Assembly (NCBI RefSeq): GCF_011386835.1
Contig: NC_088796.1
Coordinates: 104,346,001 to 104,410,000 of the forward strand
Direction of reading: 5' to 3'
DNA from: Chrysemys picta bellii
Taxonomy: Eukaryota
DNA length: 64,000 nucleotides
Below are positions 1-13,936 of this stretch, in pieces. The notes beneath the pieces were generated by a model. The model saw nothing but the letters and a program-made list of their open reading frames with translations. It made no database searches and was not told where the DNA came from. A program made the translations under genes and the position numbers. Every line of letters begins with the position of its first letter. Positions within the stretch are counted from its first letter, which is position 1.

Positions 1-215
1 CAGGCAAAAAGGAAAAATTAACGGTAGTCGCCTGTGACCTGTCCCTGACTTTTACTAAAAATATCCAGGACAAAATAAGGATCGGCGGCCAGGAGCTGCG
101 GGGTACCCCGCTGCTTGTGGGGGACCCTGCAGCTCCCCACCGTTGAAGTCACGGAGGTCGCTGGAAGTCACAGTTCCATGACTTCCGCGGCCTCCATGAC
201 TAAATTGTAGCCTTA
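1..215. mobile_element. Right end of a non-autonomous hAT-like DNA element (same family as 13237-13936), cut by the window edge
   Basis: Ends in ...catgactaaattgtagcctta, matching the TIR type of the TSD-flanked copy at 13237-13936; gtcacgga/ccatgac subterminal motifs. Confidence 0.6.
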
Positions 216-1159
216 TTTATAGTCTTAGCAACCCACCTTAATCACACCCCACTGTTTTTAGTTCATGGAGCAGCTATGGAAACCCTCCTTGAGGGTGTAG
301 AAGAGAGTCATACATAAACCATTCATAAATTTAATACAATGGTCCCAAAAGTTATTGTATGGGGTTGCAATATCCATCACAGTGTTTAACTACAGCAGTG
401 GCAGAAACGATCACAGCACTGGTAAGGAATTTTCAACCAATACAGCTTAGATGCAACGTCTGTCTTTCAGCCATATGTTTTTTCTTCCCTCCCACCTCAG
501 TTTTCCATTTGGGATGACTTATGCTCAAAGTATTCAAATTGACTTGCTCTAGGATCATACAAGGAGCTAGAGGTTTAGGTCAAATCAGAAGACATGACCA
601 TTCTGGGTTCCAGGCCTTTTTCTAAACTACTAGTAAAACACGCCTACCTCCTCTCCCCCAATGCACTGGGCTTCAGCAATACCAAAGGGGGGGGGGAGAA
701 ATCAAGGAACTAACAAAATACCATAGTTGCTGTAAAATGAATTACATCATTGATACCAAACTACAATTGGCAAATCACAAAAACCACTGTAACTCCACCA
801 AAGGTACCGATTCAGGAAAAGCACTGACACACCTGCTTGACTGGAATGGGAATACTCAAAACGTAAGCCCTGATGCAGGAAAGCACTTAAGTCATGCAAC
901 AGAGACTAGTGAACCAATATTATAAGATGCTATGCTATTAAAATTTGTGTGTATTAGGTATTTCAAAATACCACATAAGTCATGACCACTTGACAGTTCC
1001 GACCACAAGTTTTTCAAATTGAAGAAAAAAAAACTAGTATAATGGATATGAGCTTAAATCAACATTTGTGCTGACAGGTAACATACCAAATTTCAGCCCA
1101 TTGAAATTCGAAATATTTAAGACAATTTGTAAATTTAGGTTTATAATTCTAGAGTGAGA

Positions 1160-1620
1160 CTAACTATACATGCATGTAGGTAACTGGAACACCCGGTCCA
1201 AAAGGGACACTGGTGCCTCCGGTCAGCACTGCTGACCAGGCTGTTAAAAGTCCGGTTGGTGGTGCAGCAGGGTTAAGGCAGACTCCCTGTCTGCTGTGGC
1301 TCCACACGGCTCCCAGAAGCAGTGGCATGTCACCCCTCTGGCTCCTATGTGTAGGGGCATCCAGGGGGCTCTGCATGCTGCTCCCACCCCAAGCACCGGC
1401 TCTGCAGTTCCCATTAGCCGGGAATTGTGGCCAATGGGAGCTGTGGGGGCAGACAGGGCTGCGCGCAGAGCTGCCTGGTCACGCCGCCGCAAAGGAACCA
1501 GAGGGGGACATGCCGCTGCTTCTGGGAGCTGCCTGAGCTAAGAGCTGCCGGAGCCTGCACCCCAACCCACTCCCACGCCCCAACCCCCTGCCCCAGCACT
1601 GAGCCCCGTCCCACCCTCTG
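1160..1620. mobile_element. GC-rich fragment of a non-autonomous DNA transposon (probably hAT), termini not resolved
   Basis: GC-rich island in AT-rich intron; contains the cccattagccgggaattgtggccaatggg palindromic core typical of turtle hAT MITEs; no TSD found. Confidence 0.45.
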
Positions 1621-1974
1621 AATCTTACAAGTCACCTTTAATTCATCAGAAGTGCTGGAATTCAGCTCCTAGTGGAGAAAGGGCTGAAACTTAAAGACAG
1701 ACAAAATGAAACACATTAATGAAGTTACTAAATCCAAGCCAAAAAACGGACAATCCATACAGTTAATTTAGACTAAAAATGCCACCTATCTTGTGACACT
1801 GTCTATTGCTTTAAGATAAATTCAGTTCTTAGATTTCTAGTTGTCAAGTTTTTAGGTAAGAAAACAAGTCAGAAGTTAAATCTTTAGTAAAAGACTTTGC
1901 TCAATATTATGAAGTATCGCCTGAATTTTGTGCTCAAAAAAGTCCTCCACAGAAGTACTAGTTAGTGCAGATGA

Positions 1975-3584
1975 TACAGTCTCATCGTATGGTGATAACA
2001 CTCTTTCCATTCTACCAGTAGCTCTGGAGGATTTAAACAGAAACTACAAAACTTAGACATTTTTAAATCAGCAGGTTCAGTTAACTTGCACCCAGAGTTT
2101 TTAAAGAGCTGGCTGAGGAGATTGCTATACCATTAATGTTGATTTTAAATAAGTCTTGGAGCACAGGGAAGTTCCTGAAGATTGGAAAAAAACTAATATT
2201 GTGCCCATTTTTAAAATGGATAAACAGGAAGACCTGAGTAATTATAACCCTGTCAGCATTACAATGATTCCGAGCGGGGAAGATAATGAAGTGGCTGATA
2301 CAGGACTTGATTAATAAAGAATTAAAGGAGGGTAATGTAATTAATGCAAATCAACACGAGTGTATGGAAAATAGATCCTGTCAAACTAACTTGATATCTT
2401 TTTTTGATGAGATTACAAGTTTGGCTGATAAAGGTAATAATGTTGACGTAACTCTTTTAGACTTCTGTAAAGCATTTGACTTGGCACTGCACAGTATTTT
2501 GATTAAAAAACTAGGACGATATAAAATTAACATGGCATACATGAAATAGATTAAATTCTGGCTATTTGATATGTCTAAAATGTAATTGTAAATGGAGAAT
2601 AGTCATTGAGAAGGTGTATTTCCAGTGGAGTCCTGCAGCGATCAGTTCTTGGCCCTATGCTATTTAACATTTTTATCAATGACCTAGAAGAAAAATCATC
2701 ATGGATACAGTTTGCAGACGACACAAACACTGAGGGAGTAAATAAGGAAAAAGAAAGATCACTGATTCAGAGTGATCTGAATTGCTTGGTAAACTGGGTG
2801 CAAGCAAACAATACGCATTTTAATATGGCTAAAAGTAAATGTATACATCTAGGAACAAAGAACGTAGGCCATACTTAAAGGATGGGTGACTCTATCAAGG
2901 ACTCTAAAAAAAGATTTCAGGATTGTGGTAGGTAATCATTTGAACATGAGCTCCCAATGTGACCTGTGGCCAAAGGTGCTAATGTGATCGTGGAATACAT
3001 AAGGAAATCTCAAGTAGGAGTGGAGAGGTTATTTTACTTCTGTATTTGGTACTGGTAAAACAGTGCTGGAATACTGTGTCCAGTTCTGGTGCTCACAATA
3101 CAAGAAGGATGTTGATTATTTGGAGGGGGTTCACAGAAAAGCCAAGAAAATGATTAGAGGATTAGAAAACATACTTATAGTGATTGACTCAAAGAGCACA
3201 ATCTATTTAGCTTGACAAAGAGAAGGCTAAGGGGTGACTTGATTATAGACTATAAGTGTCTACATGAGGAACAAATATTTAATAATGGACTCTTCAGTCT
3301 AGCAGAGAAAGGTATAACGTGATCCAGTGCCTGGATGTTGAAGCTAAACAGACTGGAAATAAGGTGTCATTTTTTAACCACAAGAATAATTAACCATTGG
3401 TACAATTTACCCAGAGTTGGGGTGGATTCTCCATCGCTAACCATTTTTAAATGAAGATTGGGTGTTTTTCTAAAAGATATGTTCTAGGACTTATTTTGAG
3501 GAAATTCTATGGCATGTGTTATATAGGAGGTCAGACTAGATGATCACAATAATCCCCTTCTGACCTTGGAATCTATAAATCCAT
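1975..3584 (+). mobile_element. Degenerate 5'-truncated CR1 LINE (RT region plus 3' UTR)
   Basis: Broken RT motifs: [50 protein letters not shown]; stops and frameshifts; ends ...gaccttggaatctataaatccata, a decayed CR1 tail. Confidence 0.9.
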
Positions 3585-4520
3585 ATCTGCCCGAGTTTGC
3601 AAAGAGCCTGAAACAAGAGCTCTGAGATGTATAAACTGCCCAATTCATTTCAATGGGTGTTGGTTCAAATGCCTATGATGATCATTTAAAATGACAACAT
3701 TAACTATTTCACTCCATATCAAAGTATAGAACAAAGAAGAAAAACTATCATATTATGAAAGTCTATACAATCTATTGTGAGTGAAAGCTCATTTTGGCAC
3801 CACAAGTGGGTTGGGTTTAGGAGATTACCATCACATTTTTCCTCAATCAAAAAGCCAAATCCATTGAGATGAGCACAACCCAGAGAGCATACGTGAACAT
3901 ATTTTGAACATCTGCACAATTCTGAGAGCAGCAGCTGATTTTGGCATCTCAAGTGGGCAATTTATTTTGTGGGCAGAGCGTGGAAGAGTGCCACTATATT
4001 TTCTTTTTCAATTTGACCCCTGGTGGTCTGATTTCCAGAGTGAGTCAGCAAAACAGATCTATACCTCCACATGGGACCCTAAAGCCTAATATACTATCCC
4101 ACACAAAGGGCTATAACTATTACCATTATATATAATAATGGTTAGTGATTTTACTTAATTACATCTTATTTTCTTCAAATGGCAACCTCTATACTAGTTT
4201 TCAAGAAGATTTAACTATCTGGAAAATATGAAAGGGTAGTAACAAGCTTTTTTTTAACTAGAGGAACTCAAATAAGCATTAGGCACGTTTTCAAATCAGG
4301 ATGTTCTTTTGAGTGTTCTATTACTCATCAACTGAAGAATTTTCTTCCAACTTTACAGAAAACTTCTCCATAGCCTTCAGAGAAAATCTCATTTTTTTTG
4401 GACAAATCAGTGTCCATAGCCAAAGTTATAAGGAGGCTAGAAATAGGGCTCACAATGGAACTTATCTGAAACTTTAACTACAGAGCCATAAGCATAGCTC
4501 CACAATAAGGTAAGTGTACA

Positions 4521-4592
4521 GGGCCTGATCCAAAGCCCACTGAAGTCAATGTGAGTCTTTCTACTGACTTCAGTGGGGTTTGTACCAGGCTC
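4521..4592. repeat. Short palindromic MITE-like element (ccactgaagtca...tgacttcagtgg core)
   Basis: gggcctgatccaaagcccactgaagtca / tgacttcagtggggtttgtaccaggctc inverted arms; related copies occur throughout the window. Confidence 0.65.
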
Positions 4593-4937
4593 TGCTCTAC
4601 ACAATTTAAGTCAATGGTACTTTCCATTGATTTCAATGGCAGCAGGATGTGATTTACTGGGGGGGGGAGGGAGGGGCGAGAGAGGGGAAGAGATTTTGTT
4701 CCATCATTTTAATTTTTATTTAAAAAAATAATTATGAAATAATAAAGGACCATGTAATAGCTGCACTTTACATGCTGTCAACTTGTTGCAAGACCAATTT
4801 TCATTTTAAACTGTTGTGCTCTCTACAAGAATATCTCATCCAAGTGTTTAACGTAAATTACACAACAATTATTTGAGCTCCATGCTGGTTTCCATTAACT
4901 ACTTGCAACCCCTTCACTGGTATTACACATTATTTCC

Positions 4938-5906
4938 TGTGACAGGGTGGACTAGGGCAGGGGTTCTGAAACTGGGGGTTGTGACAGGGTCATGAGGTTA
5001 TTACGGGGCAGTTGCGAGTTGTCAGCCTCCACTCCCAAACCCCACTTCACCTCCAGAATTTGTAATAATGTTAAATATAAAAAATGTGTTTTTAATTTAT
5101 AAGGGTGAGTGGGTCACACTCAGAAGCTTGCTGTGTGAAAGGGGTCACCAATACAAAAGTTTGAGACCCACCGGACTAGGGCAAGAGGCCCCTGCTGGAA
5201 GCCTCAGGGTCCTACCATACCCAGTTCCAGAAAGGTGCAGTAGAGAACTCCTGCAAGTGCCCTAGAGTGGCTGTGGGGAAGCAGCCAATCAGAAAGGCTG
5301 CAGGGAATAGCCACTCAGGACCCAAGGAACTGCAGAGCTAGAGACAGTGAGTTGCCACCTGGAGCTGGAGGAGTGAGGACTGTGTTCCGAGCTGGCTGAA
5401 AGAGCAGCAGGACCATGGACAGATCAGTTGAGGAACCAGGGGAGCAAGAGGGAGCTCCTGGCTGGCTGCTGGGACTGAAGACAGAAGAACAGCTGGGGCC
5501 AGAAAGGCCCAGAAAGCATGAAGAGTGTCCAGGGAGGAAGCCCTGGGGCACAGCCCCATACCATGGTCGAGGGACTATTTGAAGACAAGTCAAGAAGGGG
5601 CTGTGGGACTGAGGCAGAGAGGGCTTCAGGGTATGGCCTCATACCAAGGCAGGGACTACTTAAAGACTGAGCCCATGGAGGGCTACAGAGATGCCAACGG
5701 AGGGGTGCTGGGATAGGCCCCTAGCAGACTGCATACCCCAGAAGGGGTCTGGTTTGTTTCACATACAGACTCTGTGTGCGTGACTCAGCCAGAGGTCTGA
5801 GTTATTGAAACGCGCTTGAGAAACCACTGATAGAGGTCACCGCAGACTAAGTGCAGGCACACGCAATCGGCCAGGGGGCACTCGCGGTGGATGCCACCCC
5901 ATTACA
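4938..5906 (+). mobile_element. Solo LTR (Gypsy/ERV-like) interrupted by a hAT MITE
   Basis: Starts tgtgacagggtg, ends accccattaca (TG..CA); flanks ttcc/ctcc fit a 4-bp TSD with one transition; about 745 bp after removing the insert. Confidence 0.65.
4958..5173. mobile_element. hAT (Charlie-like) MITE, 216 bp
   Basis: TIRs caggggttctgaaact / agtttgagacccaccg; perfect 8-bp TSD gactaggg at 4950-4957 and 5174-5181. Confidence 0.9.
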
Positions 5907-6628
5907 CTCCGAAAGATCTAGATATTTCAGAACATATATTTTAAATGCCATGGCTGCTCCTTCTCCATCTGAAACAGAATATAAGATACCGATATTTTCC
6001 AAATTTAGAAATAATTACTTTTCAGGCTTCCAAGCACAGTTTAAGTCAGTGAAAAACAGAAGTACTACAGTATTATTTTAAATTAGTTCAAAATCTTTTT
6101 AAGATACCAAACATCTTATACCTACAGCATGAAAAAAGCATCAACATACAAACACTCACATGAAGACAAAGAAAAATCAAGTCAAATGAAAATACACTAA
6201 ATAACAATGATAGAGTTGTGATTTCTTTTAAATTATTTAGGGGAGAAAATCAATAAGTCAGTGGGTCTTCAACTCTAAATAGCACTACTTTAATTATAAA
6301 TCAAGACAAACCTCTTCAGCACAATGGAGAGGAGAACTATGGGGCAAAGGGGGAGAGAACACAAGTATGTCTAAACAATTTTTTTTTAAAAAGCAGTTGG
6401 TAAATAAACAGTGTTAATTCTTTTCCCGCTCAGGTAATTTATTACAACCATTGTAGCCAAGGGATACCAGGTTGGCATGGGCATCCAAACAAATCACTGT
6501 CTTAAATATACACATTAAACTTACATTGCACAATTTACCTTATAGTAGCAGACAGTAAGTAAGCAGAAATCTTAATGCTATCCTGGTTTGCAGACCTACG
6601 AATTCATCAAGAACAGAAGAAGTAATCC

Positions 6629-6895
6629 AATATTGCCAATCCCAATCCTTTTAAAAACATACATCAGGTTATCAAAAATCACGTGGGTGGCTTAAAAACC
6701 AAAATTTTTAAATATATTTTGAGGTTTCTTTATTTACCTTCTTGGTTTGGGGCTTCCTTACCTCCACCACAAGTGTGTCACTTTTTCCAAGCTTCTCTGT
6801 AACCGACAGCATTAGAACCTTAACTTTATTTTTTAAAGGAAAGCTGAGATTCTAATCTATTCACGTGACTCCAGGAGCTGGATATACACTCAAGA
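6629..6895. mobile_element. Degenerate non-autonomous DNA element of the ttgccaac-terminus family (also 18934-19242, 32103-32400)
   Basis: Begins tattgccaatcccaatcc and shares gctgagattct / ccaggagctgg internal motifs, in reverse orientation, with the other two copies. Confidence 0.5.
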
Positions 6896-7064
6896 CTTAG
6901 ACTAAACACAGGAGACTGCCACATACTTTATACTGAAAATTCCTGCCTGCTAGCTATAAAGCCAGATTACTAACGGGAAAGATATTGAGAGGGAGGGTTT
7001 CACTAGAAAGGAAGAGAAAATACTGCATCCTGCAACTTTCAGGTACACACAACTCTGAACAGAG

Positions 7065-8136
7065 CTATAAGGTGGATAGAAAGCTGGCTAGATCGTCGGG
7101 CTCAACCGGTAGTGATCAACGGCTCCATGTCTAGTTGGCAGCCGGTTTCAAGTGGAGTGCCCCAGGGGTCAGTCCTGGGGCCAGTTTTGTTCAATATCTT
7201 CATTAATGATCTGGAGGATGGCGTGGACTGCACTCTTAGCAAGTTTGCAGATGACACTAAACTGGGAGGAGTTGTAGATAAGCTGGAGGGTAGGGATAGG
7301 ACACAGAGGGACCTAGACAAATTAGAGGATTGGGCCAAAAGAAATCTGATGAGGTTCAACAAGGACAAGTGCAGAGTCCTGCACTTAGGATGGAAGAATC
7401 CCATGCACTGTTACAGACTAGGGACCAAACGGCTAGGAAGCAGTTCTGCAGAAAAGGACCTAGGGGTTACAGTGGACGAGAAGCTGGATATGAGTCAACA
7501 GTGTGCCCTTACTGCCAAGAAGGCTAACAGCATTTTGGGCTGTATAAGTAGGGGCATTGCCAGTAGAGCGAGGGACGTGATCATTCCCCTCTATTCGACA
7601 TTGGTGAGGCCTCATCTGGAGTACTGTGTCCAGTTTTGGGCCCCACACTACAAGAAGGATGTGGAAAAATTGGAAAGACTCCAGCGGAGGGCAACCAAAA
7701 TGATTAGGGGGCTGGAACACGTGACTTATGAGGAGAGGCTGAGGGAACAGATTGTTTAGTCTGCAGAAGAGAAGAATGAGGGGGGATTTGATAGCTGCTT
7801 TCAACTACCTGAAAGGGGGTTCCAAAGAGGATGGATCTAGACTGTTCTCAGTGGTACCTGATGATAGAACAAGGAGTAATGGTCTCAAATTGCAGTTGGG
7901 GAGGTTTAGGTTGGATATTAGGAAAAACTTTTTCACTAGGAGGGTGGTGAAGCACTGGAATGGGTTCCCTAGGGAGGTGGTGGAATCTCCTTCCTTAGAG
8001 GTTTTTAAGGTCAGGCTTGACAAAGCCCTGGCTGGGATGATTTAGTTGGGAATTGGTCCTGCTTTGAGCAGGGGGTTGGACTAGATGACCTCCTGAGGTC
8101 CCTTCCAACCCTGATATTCTATGATTCTATGATTCT
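7065..8136 (+). mobile_element. Relatively young 5'-truncated CR1 LINE (C-terminal RT plus 3' UTR)
   Basis: ORF 7112-7759 ([39 protein letters not shown]) continues after one small frameshift into 7752-8045 ending LDKALAGMI*; tail ATTCTATGATTCTATGATTCT at 8116-8136. Confidence 0.97.
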
Positions 8137-8537
8137 TCTACCCTGGCACAATGCAGAAAGACTCAGGACTTGCACTTTCTTCAGCCTCACCTGCAAAGGC
8201 AGTAAAATAGTAAACACTTGTTGATTTAAAAGTCATTTACGTAGCTTACAGAGATGTTTATAGTATTTCTCCTTGCACCTGAGCTAGGGGAAGGAAAACT
8301 CCTCTTCATGGCAGGGATCCTCCCCCAACCTCCCTGTGACTTCCATTTAGAATCCTTATTTTAATGAGCCTCTAGGTTAACCTCTTTCCCTACATGTTAC
8401 CAAACCTTCCAGAAAAAAATTAACTCTGGGATAAGAATATGAAATTTTAGGGAGAACAAATGGACGTTGTTTTTAGTTTGTTTGTTTTTTTGTTGAGGGC
8501 GCAGGCATGCCTGTCTTTTAAAAATAAAAGCATTTAT

Positions 8538-9257
8538 TCCTGGAGAATTTCTGCATCGAAAAATTTAAATTTCTGTGCACAATATTTTAAAACTCTACAA
8601 AATCCTGCATATGTTATTTGTCAAAATAACACAATATAATCATTTCAGTTTCAATTATTTTGGTAATTTATTTCAGAATACCTGTCAACAAATGTGTAAA
8701 CAATACAGACAATAGTAAAAAAGATTCCCCCAGGAGTAGAGAGTTAAAGAAACCCATCCGACAACCCAGTTCCAAGTTGGGGGGTACTGGAGGGGGCTGT
8801 GTGGGGCCCCCAGAGCCCAAACACCTGCAGGCCCTTCCCCCCAGAGCCCAGCTGCGGGCACCACCAGAGCCCAGACACCTGCATCCCTCTCCCCCAAGAG
8901 CCCAGCCGTGGGGCACCCCCTAGACCAGACATCTGCACCGCCAGAGCCTTTACTCCACCCCACTTTACTGTCCTGTCGAGGGATGTGGTGTGGTACAGCC
9001 CTGCCCTTTTTCACCCTTTGCCGTAGCTAGGTCTCCCGGGCCCTCCCCTGTCCATGGGAGAATGACGATCAAAACTGGGCAGCCAGAGCATGGAGCCGCT
9101 ATCCGCGCCAGGCTGGGTGCTCAGCTCACTGTGAGCTGGGCTCCACAGAGTCCAGTGCCCTAGTGGTGGCCAGCAGCTCTGCAGCCCAATTCTGCAGGGG
9201 AAACATGGAATTCTGCACAAACTCTGCATTGCACAGTAGCACAGAATTCCCCCAGAA
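8538..9257. mobile_element. Non-autonomous hAT-like element, 720 bp, with internal GC-rich tandem repeats
   Basis: TIRs tcctggagaatttctgc / gcacagaattcccccagaa; flanks gcatttat/gcatgcat (6/8) fit an 8-bp TSD; repeated ccagagcccagacacctgca-like units. Confidence 0.7.
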
Positions 9258-10089
9258 GCATGCATTGCTCCAATAAGAAATGCTATCAGCCTGTGGTAGT
9301 ATATCAGAGGTAGGGATGAATGATCTCATTTACATGAAGTAAAAAACAAACGAAATTTTTACCCAAATCTTCAAACCATAACTAAAATTTGAAAAAAGTT
9401 TGTAAACAGGGGTGCTGAAACAATACAGAAGGAAAATGTACATTTTCTTTTTAAAAAGAATATTAAATCACCTATTAATCAATTAAACTGCATTAAATTA
9501 CAGTACCCAAAAAAGCAGTAACTGTTCTACCTGTACTATTTGTTTTGGATGGTAGGACTCGACATTTAAGGATCAGCTATCCCCTTCAAACTATTAAAGG
9601 GCAAACAAAGAATTATGAGGAGACGGTACCAGACATGCTCTAAACTTCAGTGTATTAGTGATAAGATACTGTGATCCAAATCAATGCATGCCTTTTACTT
9701 TTATTATAAAAATGCAGGATGGTGCAACTTTTTGTCAATTATAGAGACCAAAAGAGTGATGTTAAAATAATTTAACATAAGAATTAATATTTTCAGCCAC
9801 ATGCTACTTGTAATAATCTATGATTTACACTTCCCTTGGTTAAAGTCTTTGTGAACTTTAACACTTGCAAAGAAAATTAGCGTCAAGACATGTAGATGTA
9901 CAGAATTTCTAATTATAACAATTGTAAAACGTCAGTCACCGAGTGCAGAAAGTTACCATTACATATTTAGCCTTACTTCTCTCAAAGTAGAGAAACAATT
10001 TTAGTTATTAAAATGTTTTGATTTAAATCTATTAATAATTACAGGTTTGGTCTAATAGAAGTAACAACATTAGCTGACAATTATTACAG

Positions 10090-11000
10090 TGTTAAGAAAA
10101 AAAAAGTTCAAACAGCTTTTTTAAACTCTTGGCACAATTAATGGACTTGGTAAGACTGCTCCCTGAATGGTCTTGGGAGCCAAAAAATTTCTTCTGAAAC
10201 AAGGCTGCAAGCCTGAAGTTGGCACAAAAAGTTATCTCTACAGCTGTCAAGACCTGGGATAGATCAATCTTCAGTGTATCCAAGGACTGTTCAGTCTACT
10301 CAATGTATGTTAGTTGCTCAGAGAAGTCGGCATGAGTGTACCCTGAGCAGCTGAGAACTTATATAGAGAGGGTAGAATACAGATGTCATTTAAAAGTTCC
10401 CCAAAATTACTCATTAAAAATAAAAGTATCCACAACAACACTGTATGTCAGAAAAAGAAGCTGTTCTCTCTGGAACCAAATGTGGAGATTGGAAATAGAG
10501 ATGTATAAAACATGAATATTCAGAGTGTTTTGGGAACTAAATTGAAAGCAAGATGGTCTCCCCTGAACAGCAAAGCAACTACAATGATTGCAGGTCACGT
10601 CTCAAATGGAGAAAGTGACAGTTTTGAAACAAAAACAGTGGAATTCTTCTTCAGTTTGGAATGAAAATAATTATACCTCATCATCATCATATTGGCAGAC
10701 ATATGGAAATGAATAACCTAGGCTCTGGTCCTGCTCACATTGAAACAAACAGAAGTTTTGCCATTTATTTTAATGGCAGCAGGAGCAGGACCCTAATCAG
10801 TGACTATAGACTAATAACAAACAAGCGCTACACAAAGTTCATGTTGCATGAATAACAACAACAAACATTTGCTTGGGACAATAAATCAGAAGTGCATGAG
10901 GTGTGGACCAGAGTCACAAGACATGGTTTCCCATTGCCCTTTCACTCCAGGTGACCAACTGCAGCTTCTTACTGCAACTGAATTCATACAATTTCTATTC
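10090..11000 (+). mobile_element. Heavily decayed LINE 3' region, possibly Vingi/Ingi clade
   Basis: Fragmentary translations ISTAVKTWDRS, KQWNS and KCMRCGPESQDMVSHCPFTPGDQLQLLTATE resemble the Vingi C-terminal C-x-C..H..C region; many stops and indels; interrupted by a palindromic MITE at 10727-10792. Confidence 0.35.
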
Positions 11001-12346
11001 CCCTTTGAAGGGAAATATGAACAAAAATGCTGCTCTGGCCATTTATTTTGTTATTACAATGTATGTAAATGTACATCAAAATTGGGATAACCATCTGTTT
11101 GCTGGAAACCTGAAAATGCCATCCTCAGCATAAAAAGACTTGAACACTTCTGATCTAAATAATAAAAAAAGATTTTCAGCCATTTCTTCAGCTCCTTTCC
11201 AAAGTAACAGAATCAAATTCTTAGGCTGTAGGAGATGCTTGCAATGCAGCTGTGAAAGACATACTGACAAACAGGAAACAAAACATAAATGCATCTTCTC
11301 CTTTGCCTTGAGCAATAGGACATTTATGAGAGTCTGGGTAGTGATGGATGACTATATGGAGGAGCTTAAATTTTGTTTACATTTGTGCTACTTGTAGTGC
11401 TATGCACATGGAGAAATTGGGGAAGTCTGCTTCCTCTGTATAACTGTATATATTAACTAAGTGTTTACCTCATCTAGGGTTTAGGGTGGGAGCTCATTTT
11501 AGTAGTTAGCATAGATTGAATAAATAACCAACTGACATAATACTTAAGATGTTATAACATCAAAGCTTTTAGATATATACACAAACAACAGGTCACTGGA
11601 AAAGGGAAATGTTCCTTATCTCCTGACTTCAAGAAGTGGAATATCACCAAAACAAAAGGAAAAATTGGCAACACAAACTTAGGAAACAATGCATTTACTG
11701 TACAAATATGAATGACAGAATTTATACCAGTGAATGCCCTGAAAGAGAAAAATGAAAGTGATGGAGGACAGAGGGAGCTATTGGTTTACTGTAGTTTTTA
11801 GGAAAAACTCTAGGTAAAATAATCAGAGATTGTATAGTCTCTATGTTATGAACTGAATATTTCAATATGAAGTGAAATTATGCATGATTGTCGGGCTGGA
11901 AGAATTTGTACGGAAATGCAAAATAGGCTACTGAGATAAGCAAATATCAGATTAGCTTGTAAAGAATTTTTTGAAAAGGCATGCAAAGACATGGATGTTA
12001 CAAATAGTAAAATATGTAGCAATAAAATTCTTAAGATGGATTTCTTTGGTCTCCCCTACCATCTAAAATGAAGTTTTCTAGCTAAAGGGAAGAAGTCTTT
12101 AATCAAGCTGTGGTATGAATTTTACACACAATTTTACACATACACTTGCTTCTTGATGTGTCTGTCACATGGGTTTTAAAATTACATCGCTAATATGCCA
12201 GCAGTGCACACTCTCTGAGTCCTACTGTGCTGGTGCTCTATGTAATTTTCAGTCACATACTTAACCCTTTAATAAAAATACAGTCCCCATGATCCATTCC
12301 TACTAAATAAGTGAATACACGGTATAGAATATTCTGGTGCATTATA

Positions 12347-12456
12347 GGGCCTGATACTTTGAGGTGCTGAGTTCCTCAACTCTCTTTAAAGTCATTGGAA
12401 GATTAGGGTATTCGGTACCTGACCAGAAGCGATTGGCACTTTAGAAAATCAGGCTC
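12347..12456. repeat. Short palindromic MITE-like element
   Basis: Termini gggcctgat / atcaggctc; internal gaggtgctgag and aaagtcattgg motifs shared with the family. Confidence 0.5.
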
Positions 12457-13236
12457 TGAAACAACAATGGAGTTATTTTCAAGTTCACAAGTCTCATCAA
12501 TGGAAGCACACGGTATGCACAATCATATATAATTGCAAGATAGACACAATCAGGAAGAAAATATATATCTTGAAGTTATCGGTCCAATCAGCTTGAAGAT
12601 AAAATGTCTTTAAAGCTGGCACTATAAAAATCTATTTTTTGAAATTCCTTCATACTGCAATATTAGAACCTACAATGAACACCTAATCTGTGGTATTAGA
12701 ATAAAAAAATAAAATGTGTGTCTCTTTTATCAGTTTAAAAGAATTTCCTTTTGTGTTGTCTCTATTAATAATTTAGGCAACAAAGAAGGAGTATTCTTTT
12801 GAACAGAAAGTGACAAAAGGGAACATACTGTCATTTACTATACCACAGAGATTACATTCTTATTCAGAACTCATATTGCTTGACGCACGTATGGACTACT
12901 GAAATTATAAATTTGTTATAGCCATGTTTTGGCAGCAATATTTAGTCTATACAAGACCACCATACAGATGCCTTAGAAACTGTAACAGGTATTAATGGTT
13001 TGACATTATCTGCCATTATTCATAATTTCACAGGGAAACATTCGTTTTTGACCATGAAGTCTTAATATTACCGATTTTGCTGAAAATATTCATTTCAACT
13101 CATTTCTAATTGACAAGACTGACCTGATATTTTGGTATCAAAAACACAAACACGATCAATTTTCATGTCTGCACTAAATGCTATCAAAGTGACGTTTTAA
13201 AGAGATTGAAAAGTAATACCTCAGTAGACTTATGGT

Positions 13237-13936
13237 TAAAGCTGCGGTTCTGTCACGGAGGTCACAAAAGTCACAAATTCGGCTGGTGCGGCTGACCCCA
13301 GGGCCACCCAAGCAGCTGGCCCCGGGGTCAGCCACACCAGCTGCTGCTTGGGTGGCCCCAGGGAGCGCCCTTGCAGTCTTCCCAGGAGTGGGCCTGGGAC
13401 CAGCCACTACTCGGGTGACCCCGGGCATCTGGCCCCAGGGAGCACCCGAGCAGCAGTCCCGGGGTCAGCCCTGGGGCCAGTTGCACTGGCCACTACTAGA
13501 GCAGTGGCCAATGGGGCCAGTCGTACAGGGCAGCTGCTAAGGCAGACCCCGGGGCCAGCCACACTGGCCGCTTGCTGGAGCAGCCCCAGGCAGCTGGTGC
13601 CAGTGCCGGTGGCCTCAGGGGCTGCTGGAGTAGCAGCAGTCCCAGGGGCCGCCCCAGAGGCCTTCAGAGCAGCAGTCCCAGGGGCTTCAGAACAGCAATC
13701 ACCCCCCACCACCAGTGCTGGGGCTAGCTGTCAGCCCCCAGGGCCCTCCTAAACAGCGATGTCCTGGAGCCCCCCAGAGCAGCAGCACCCCAGGGCCCCA
13801 GGAGTTGCTAAGTTTTAATCAGGGGTATTTATATAGTAAAAGTCATGGACAGGTCACAAGCCGCAAATTTTTGTTTGTTGTCCGTAACCTGTCCATGACT
13901 TTTCCTAAAAATACCCGTCACTAAAACATACCCATA
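13237..13936. mobile_element. Non-autonomous hAT element, 700 bp, GC-rich repetitive interior
   Basis: Perfect 8-bp TSD cttatggt at 13229-13236 and 13937-13944; degenerate TIRs taaagctgcggttc / aaaacatacccata; repeated gagcagcagtccc(a/g)gggg units. Confidence 0.85.

Noticed and set aside
13300-13800. Repeat-spacer-like units (gagcagcagtcccgggg) resembling a CRISPR array
   Set aside because: The context is eukaryotic, the units are irregular and degenerate, there are no cas genes, and the whole block lies inside a TSD-bounded hAT element.
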